Made by a program: the position numbers and the translations under genes. A stretch of DNA of 64,000 nt from the human T2T-CHM13v2.0 reference genome, Homo sapiens, in assembly GCF_009914755.1 (NCBI RefSeq), contig NC_060936.1. One strand, 5' to 3'. The notes beneath the pieces were generated by a model. That model saw only the letters and a list, made by a program, of their open reading frames with translations, made no database searches and had not been told where the DNA came from. Of this stretch, positions 49,913 to 64,000 are shown piece after piece (the stretch's first letter is position 1; the number at the start of each line of letters is the position of its first letter).

Positions 49913-50809
49913 TTCAGAATATATTTCTTCAACAGTATTTTAAGCATCATCTAATAATCAGGTTGACATATCCTAGAAAATAAACTATATGAGAGAATTT
50001 ATTGCTATCTTAGATAAGTGGTTATAAATTTCTACTGTATTGTACTCGTGTTGGAATAATTAACATGCTATTATGTAAATTATTACTATACATTTTATAG
50101 GTGAAAGGAAAAATATAGTTTGTGGAAAAAATGGTTATGATTCCATTTATATGTTAAATGTCCAGATCTATAGAGATGGCAATTTTAGTGGTTAGTGGCT
50201 TCCTAGGGCTGGGTGGGTTGCCAGGGGCTAATGGGTATTCTTTCTGAGGTGATGAAAATGTTGTAAAATTGATTGTGATGATGGTTGTACAACTCTGAAT
50301 ATACTAGAAACCACTGAATTGTACATTTAAATTGTATGTGAATTATATCTCAGTAAAACTGTTACACCCCCATGCCCCCAACAAAAGGCTACAGTTGGAA
50401 ATACGTGCAGTTATACTTATTAAACCGTAAGACTTATAATCAGAGAACTCGAGATTGAGTTCTACCCTGGCTCCTCACCTGATCTTGTGCAAGTCACCCG
50501 GACTTCTTACAACTGGTTCATCTGTAAAACTGTGGTAAGAACCCCCACTTCCAAGAGGTGGTTATGACAGTTAATGAGAAGTGTGTATGGGAATTTAAGT
50601 AGACAAAGCTTAAGAAAAGTTACTTTTACGTCCCTATTAATGGGCATGAATTTAATTTTTTGAATATAGATCATAAACAGTTTTCCTCAAGTTGGAATAA
50701 CTTTCATAGGTATTTTGTAAAATTCCCTTATAAGTGAAAACTTAACACATGCATATTTTGTGGGTCACTTTCAGAAGTTTGCTGTTTAAATCAGGTAACC
50801 TAGATTTCT

Positions 50810-57528
<6,719 letters not shown>

Positions 57529-57639
57529 CAATTTTTCTTTTTAAATCTTCTAATTTTCTGTGTGACCTCTAAATGGTCTCAGAACCTATTCCACTGCAGG
57601 GGTATGTTTACTGTGGTGACGTATGCATAACGTCAGATT

Positions 57640-58900
57640 TATCATTAGTGATGTTAAGTGTCTTCATAACTTTGTGCAGCCATTACCACTATCTAGTCCC
57701 AGGACATTTTTATCATCCCAGAGGAAACTCCATCCCCATTAAGCAGTTACTCATTCCTCCTCCCACCCTCTGGCAATCTCTAGTCTGTCTTCTGTCTCTA
57801 TGGATTTGCCTACTCTGGATATTTCATATAAACAGAACCCTACAGTATGTTGCCTTTTGTACCTGGCTTCTTTCACTTAGCACAATGTTTTCATCATTCA
57901 TCCATGTTGTAGCACTTATCAGTCCTTTGTTCCTTTTTAAGGCCAAATAGTATTCCATCATATATATATACAGGTTGAGTATCCTGTATCTGAAATTGTT
58001 TTGGATTTCAGCTTTTTTTTCAGATTTTAGAATACTTGCATTATATTTACCAGGATGAGCATCCCAAAATCCAAAATGCTCCAATGAGCATCTCTTTTGA
58101 GCATCAAGTTGGCACTCAAAAAGTTTCAGATTTTGGAGCATTTGAGATTTCCAGATTTGGAATGCTCAACTCTACCACATTTTGTTGATCCATTCATTTG
58201 ATGTTGGGCATTTGTATTATTTCCACCATTTGGATATCACGAAAAGGACTGCTATGAACATTTGCGTATAAGTTTTTGTTTGAACACCTGTATTTAATTC
58301 TTTTGGGTAACTACCCAGGAGCCCGCCAAACTATTTTTTCACAGCAGCTGAACCATTTTATATTCCCACCAGCAATGGGTTCCAGTTTCTTCACATCCTT
58401 GCTAAACGCTTATTTTCCATTAAATATATATATCATATATATATCATATATATGATATCGATATCATATATATGATATATATATCGATATCATATATATC
58501 ATATATGATATATCATATATATATCATATATCATATCATATATATCATATATCATATCATATATATATCATATATATCATATATATATAAACATCTGTGA
58601 GACAGTGTGCATGCGTGCGCACGCCATCTTAATATGGAGTGACATATCTCATTGTGGATTTGTTTTGCATTTCCCTAGTAACACATAGCATCTTTTCATG
58701 TCCTCATTGGCCATTTGTATATGATCTTTGGAAAAATGTCTATTTCAAGTCCTTGGTCCATTTTTTAATTGGGTTGTCTTTCTGTTGAGTTTTATAAGAG
58801 TTCTTTGTATATTTTGTGTACTACATCCATATTAGATAGAATTTGTGAATACTTTTTTCCCATTCTGTAGTTTTTCTTTTCACTTTGATGTGCTGTGGTT
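57640..58900 (-). mobile_element. Old L1M 3' fragment with nested Tigger4a-like MITE (57971-58172)
   Basis: Antisense L1M 3'UTR motifs; ta|caggttgagtatcc...atgctcaac terminal repeats. Confidence 0.7.
58423..58589. repeat. (AT)n/(ATATC)n compound microsatellite
   Basis: Read directly from the sequence. Confidence 0.95.
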
Positions 58901-60114
58901 TTTCACAGTACTTTTACATATATTTTCCTTTGATCTTTTTGGTGGAAATTATTCCAGGACCAATAGGATTATAAGAACCATAAGCCCATTTCTGTAAAAG
59001 GTCCAGGACATAGTGAAAGAACAGGTTTTATTAATAAGAACTTAATTCTCAGATAAGGTTCATAATAAATGAAAAGGATGGGCTTAATGAATGGAAGAAG
59101 CTATATCCTAATTTTTGCTATAGTCCTAGTTACCTTTTTTGAAGCTAACGTTCATTGAGCACTTTTCATGTGCCAGTGAGTTGTAAATGTTTTACATATA
59201 TTAGCACATTTATTCCTCATGACATTTATTCCTCATGACAACAGTGGAGGGTGTGAATAGTTACTTTCATTTTACAGCTGAAAAAACTGAGGTACAGAGG
59301 CTCAAAAATTTGCTTAAGTTCACATAACTAAGAAATGCCGAAGCCAGGAATAAACTGAGACATTCTGGCTCTAAAGCAGTGCTGTCCCTTAGAAATGTAA
59401 TGGAAGCCTTATATGTCATCGAAGTTTTTCCAGCGGCCACATTAAGTGAAAAGTAACAGATAAAATTAATTTTACTTAATCCAGTATATCTAAAATATTA
59501 CCAGACATGTGATTAACCTAAAAAATTAGTGAGATGTTTTACATCCTAAATCTTAGAAATTTGGTATGTATTTAACACTGAAAACACATCTCAGTTCAGG
59601 CTAGTTTTGCTGCAGATGCTACCTGTGGCTACAGTATCATACACCCATGTTCATAACCAGGATTTTGGTCATATCTGAAACCCAGATCGTATTACCTGAA
59701 ACACTAAATCATGTAGTTAATATGGCCTGCTCTCTCTGTGATAGCCAAGTTATTTAGGCAGATTTTTAAGTTTTTTTCCATTATTTTTTATAAATAGTAC
59801 TCTCAGAAATGAAAAAAAAAAAGCAAAACCAAAAAACTTCCATTTTCAAGCTCTGAGCTATAATATAGAGAATAAGTCTAGTGTGATGGCATCTTTGTGA
59901 ACAACAGTATTCACTCACCACTGGATTTTTGAAGATACCAGTTCTTGTCTCTAAGGGAGCACTTTCTAGGCTATCTATCTTATGTAAAAAGTAGTGGGGG
60001 CAAAAGCAAGAGTAGTCTCTTCATTCCAGTACTAACATTTCAGATGGGTGCATTAGCCTTAAAAGGGGAATTAGCTGAAGCCATAAGAAAGTCTGAAAAT
60101 AAAACTGAACGTAC

Positions 60115-60289
60115 CTCAAAGATTGACTGGTGACCATCAGATGGGATTCTGTCATGCGGAAGATGTTATGAATAGCCCGAGCAGCCAATACTTGTCTCAT
60201 CGCTTCATAAATCACTTCAGTAGTGCTGTCTGTTTTAACTGCCATTGATCCCAAAAACCGAACTATAAACATCTGCTGCAAAAGAGAAT
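60115..60289 (-). CDS. APPL2: APPL2 exon about 17 (start of PTB domain), (D)SLLQQMFIVRFLGSMAV...TSQSL(R)
   Basis: ccag| and GAG|gtacgt; 175 nt; ORF 60021..60281; PTB-type FxVRFLGS motif. Confidence 0.97.
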
Positions 60290-60856
60290 CTGGAAGACAG
60301 CATTTTCCGCTCAGGATCTCATTTACTTCCTGCTGCTGTTGATCTGCATACCAGGGTCAGATGTGCTAGTTTTGCCTGCTTTCTGTGGAGGACTTTCTAC
60401 CAAAATTTCTCAATACCACTTTTATAAGCCCAATATTGCCAAAGCTCTGCGTCTTCCATTTGTCTACATCTTGTCAGTTTGTTTGGAACTACTTCATTAG
60501 ACTAGAAAGGCTTTTCTTCATCTATAAAATGAAATGATGGTGGTACCAGATGAACATCCTTCTAATGCTGAAACTCTAGGTGACTACATTGTACCTTTTC
60601 TCTGAAAAGAGTGAGTTCACTAGACAATAGAAAATTCATTACTTTGGCCCACTGATAAAGTCCTCTTAGAAAAGAAATTTTATTTGCAGGATATAAGATC
60701 TCATGTTGGGTCTCATGCAATTCATACTTCATGTGTATTACGGAAAGGCAGTGATGATGTTTCATAGCCTAAAGGAAGTCAGTCCTGGCTGCTGACAGTG
60801 GCGCATAACTTGACAAAACTGACTCCCAGCAACCATAACTAGAAGACCAAAGAAGG

Positions 60857-61170
60857 TTTTTTCTTTTTTTTCTTTTTTGAGACAGGGTCTCACTCTGTAG
60901 CCCAGGCTGGAGTGCAATGGCATGATTTCAGCTCACTGCAACCTCCGCCTCCCAGGTTCAAGTGATTCTCATGTCTCAGCCTCCTGAGTAGCTAGGATTA
61001 CAGGCACCTGTCACTACACCTGGCTAATTTTTGTATATATATATATATTTTTGTAGAGACAGGGTTCTCACTGTGTTGCCCATGCTGGTCTTGAACTCCT
61101 AAGCTCACGTGATTCACCTGCCTCGGCCTCCAAAAGTGCTGGGATTACAGGCGTGAGCCAGCGTGCCGGC
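60857..61170 (-). mobile_element. Alu (J or early S) with (TA)n in the linker
   Basis: Antisense dimer. Confidence 0.87.
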
Positions 61171-61613
61171 CATCAGATACGTTCTTAAGTACATTATAAG
61201 AATGTAAAAAACCAAAAATTTGAATTTGAAAGACTTAAATATCATTTGTGTCATCTTCAAATTCAAGAACAAGTTATTTGTGCTTTTGGTTTTCTAAAAT
61301 GACACAGCATATTTCCAGTTCACCAAGACTGCATTTGAATGTGATAACAGATTCAGATTTCACAACATTTCTATGCTATGCTACAAAAACGCTATGGCTA
61401 ATGGTGAAATAGCTGTAGGTGGTCTTTCAGCTACCCCTCAGTTTTTATCCAAGACTTGCCTCCACTGCAGATATCTTACTAAACTTTCAGAACAACAAAT
61501 CTTAATTCATACTCCTAATCATAGCTCTCTAAAACATGATTTCACATCTTATTTCAATGGCCGTTGTCATTTTGTGCAGAGGAAAGAATAAGGACACCAA
61601 ACTAGTCACTTAC

Positions 61614-61666
61614 CTTCTGCTTCTGGAAATGATTCATCCTCAGTTTCACCAAAAGGGTTGGTACGC
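61614..61666 (-). CDS. APPL2: APPL2 exon about 16, RTNPFGETEDESFPEAE (contains NPF motif)
   Basis: ctag| and AAG|gtaagt; 53 nt; phases fit. Confidence 0.94.
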
Positions 61667-61832
61667 CTAGGGGAATAGCCAGAGTTGAACAAACACGACA
61701 GCTGCAGCTAGAAGGGCACTTAACACTTGAACTGGAAATCAGAATGGCAACAGTCTTTGGTGGTGGAGGGGGACACAAGATACCTCAAATTTACTTTCAG
61801 TTCTCCCAGAGATAACCTCTCTCAGCCCATAC

Positions 61833-61997
61833 CTGCTCCCTCTGTTCTGATCAAGGAATTCTGTAGCAGGAAGCACAATATCGAATTGAATCGGCGTTCC
61901 AGGCGCGATCAGCTCCTCTGCTTCAGGTAGACTGGCTGTTGCTTTGGGAACAATCTTGTCATTTTCATTTTCCATCTCTGAATTTTTCAGGTTCTGG
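61833..61997 (-). CDS. APPL2: APPL2 exon about 15, QNLKNSEMENENDK...PGTPIQFDIVLP...NRGS
   Basis: ttcag| and CAG|gtatgg; 165 nt; ORF 61739..62113. Confidence 0.95.
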
Positions 61998-64000
61998 CTG
62001 AAGGGGAAAAAAATCAATTCCCTTAACCTTACGCTTTTATAATCAAGTGAATACTTGTTGAAGGCTGAGGTGACTTTTATGAATGAAAATACAAGGGGAA
62101 AGATTGACCTCAATCCCTTAATCCATTCTACAAATAAACCTTCTTCAAACTTCCTTCATATCCTTGGCTAAAAACCTTCAGTCTGCCCCATTTCCTGCAG
62201 TTCTCTCTGCTGCACAGCATCCTGCACTGTGTTACTAGTTTTCTGTCTGTATCCTTCTCTGTGAGGCAGGTTTTGGAGGGCCTATGCTATAGCTAAGTCA
62301 TATGTATTCTTGGAACATAGTAGGCACTAAAAAATGTTAGCTGAATGAACCAAAGGTCCTGGCTTGGCATTTAATCACCATCTGGCTCTAATTTCCCCAA
62401 AAGCCTCCCTTTCCACTCCTTTAATGCACCCTCTACGAGAGCTGTACCACACATACCACATGCTTTTCCTTATTTCCATCTTTATCCCAATTCTGCTGCT
62501 CACCCAACTCTCCCAACCCAGCTCAAATTCTTCCTTATCCACTAGGCCAGCCGGCACCCCGCCTCCCTCCTCTGAACTCCTGTGATTCTTCTCAGTAAGT
62601 CACAGGCACAGTCTTGCGGCCCTGTGTGCCTCCTGAGCTTCGCATTGTGCCCACACTCATTGCTGACATTGTGGCCCATCAAATACTGTGCTCTCTGTGG
62701 ACAGACTAATCAGGAACCAACATGTTCTTCTCCTCCAGTCTCAGAATACTGTAATTTAACTTTTCAACGTTTTAAAAATCTTTTCTCCTCAGCCAGACTA
62801 TAAACTCCTTTGAAGGGCAAAGAATATCAATGTATTTTGATTTCTTTCATTGCCTGGACCTTAAAAAGCTCTCAGTGATCTTTCTGTTCATTTGATATGT
62901 CAATATTTTCCTATTTCTCAAACATGTCAATAACTGAATGTAGTGTATCAAACTACTTTACAACAGGCATTTGACAAATGATCATAATGACTGGAATGTG
63001 GATGAAACAGTACATAGGCTTGTAGATGGTCACTGCAAGGCAAGCCCTTGGAGACCACTTGGTCTGACCTCCATTGTTAACAGAAAAGGAAACTGAGGCC
63101 TCTGGAGAAATTGAGCAGTTTTGAAGGCACTCAGTTACCTGGTGGGCGAGCCAGATTATAAACAGGGGTCTCCTCACTGCCAGGAGAGTGCATCTCCAGG
63201 ATGTCATACTGCTTCAATAACCCTAAATGGGACAGTCACATCTGTTTGATCCTGTCTTTAAGAGAGGGCTGTGATATAATAAGTGGTAAGCACTGAAGAA
63301 AGCTATGAGTAGAAGCTTCAAGGGGAGAAAGTGAGTCTAAGATTTTGGCTCCCCAGAGAGTCAAAGGGGGGAGATAGATAACAATCAAGATAGGGTGAGG
63401 CCAGGTTGTAGAGGGCCCTTATACCGTCAGGTGGGGTCTGAACTTGACACAACAGTATAGGGAGCCACCAAAGACTCTGAACATAGGAGTGACATGATGT
63501 TAAGTTTCACCTGTACAGGATCTCCATGTCATCAGCTCTAATGGACACTTCGCAGTCATCATAATTGACTTAAAGCATCTAACACAGCTGATCTCTCCTT
63601 GAACTCGCCTCTCGGTTTCGGCTGGTGCCACATTTTACAGAGTTTCCTTCTACCTTTCTTGATGTTCCTTCTCAATGTCTTTGGCAGGCTCCTTTTCTAC
63701 CCTAAATGCTGGAGTTCTTTAGGATTCTGTTGCAGGCTCTGCTTTCCCCTCCCTCTCCTTTCTCCCATAGAGGACCTCATCCACTGCTGTTCAGTGCTAT
63801 GAGTCCCCGATTCATACACCCAGACCAGACGTTTTCTTTGCACTCCAGACCTGTATCATCCGTTGACTGCTTGACAACTCATTTGGGATGTTTCACAGGC
63901 CTCTCATGCTTAACATGTCCAAAACTGAACTCTTCTTCTCTTTAAAAAACACCATCTGCCCAGGTGTTCAGCTCCAACTGGAGTCATCCTTTGATCTGTC

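Noticed and set aside
57573-58141. 125-aa and 105-aa ORFs next to the L1 5' end
   Set aside because: Derived from old L1M and Tigger4a repeat sequence.

Overview
Human (hominid) nuclear genomic DNA. I recognise it as the chr12q23.3 WASHC4 (KIAA1033/SWIP)-APPL2 locus. The + strand carries the last 20 coding exons of WASHC4 (5573-38748), with a 3'UTR to about 40950. The - strand carries the last 7 exons of APPL2 (61997-46135), with a 3'UTR to about 45120. The genes are convergent, about 4.2 kb apart. All 27 exons have GT-AG boundaries and splice in phase into continuous reading frames. The rest is typical primate intronic repeat content: about 17 Alus including a young AluYb8, a full-length but dead L1PA7-like LINE-1, a THE1-type solo LTR nested in an Alu, Tigger/MER DNA-transposon relics, MIR/L2/L1M fragments and microsatellites. 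I see no evidence of a wholly new biological system. The most interesting second-look items are an apparently frame-rescued LINE-1 ORF0 with a degenerate YY1 site inside an APPL2 intron, an in-frame cryptic acceptor and stop-free intron in WASHC4, a recursive-splicing-like exon, a possibly polymorphic AluYb8 and a 50-bp perfect AT-rich palindrome. Exon and residue numbers and repeat subfamily names come from memory of the reference and consensus sequences, and repeat boundaries are approximate.
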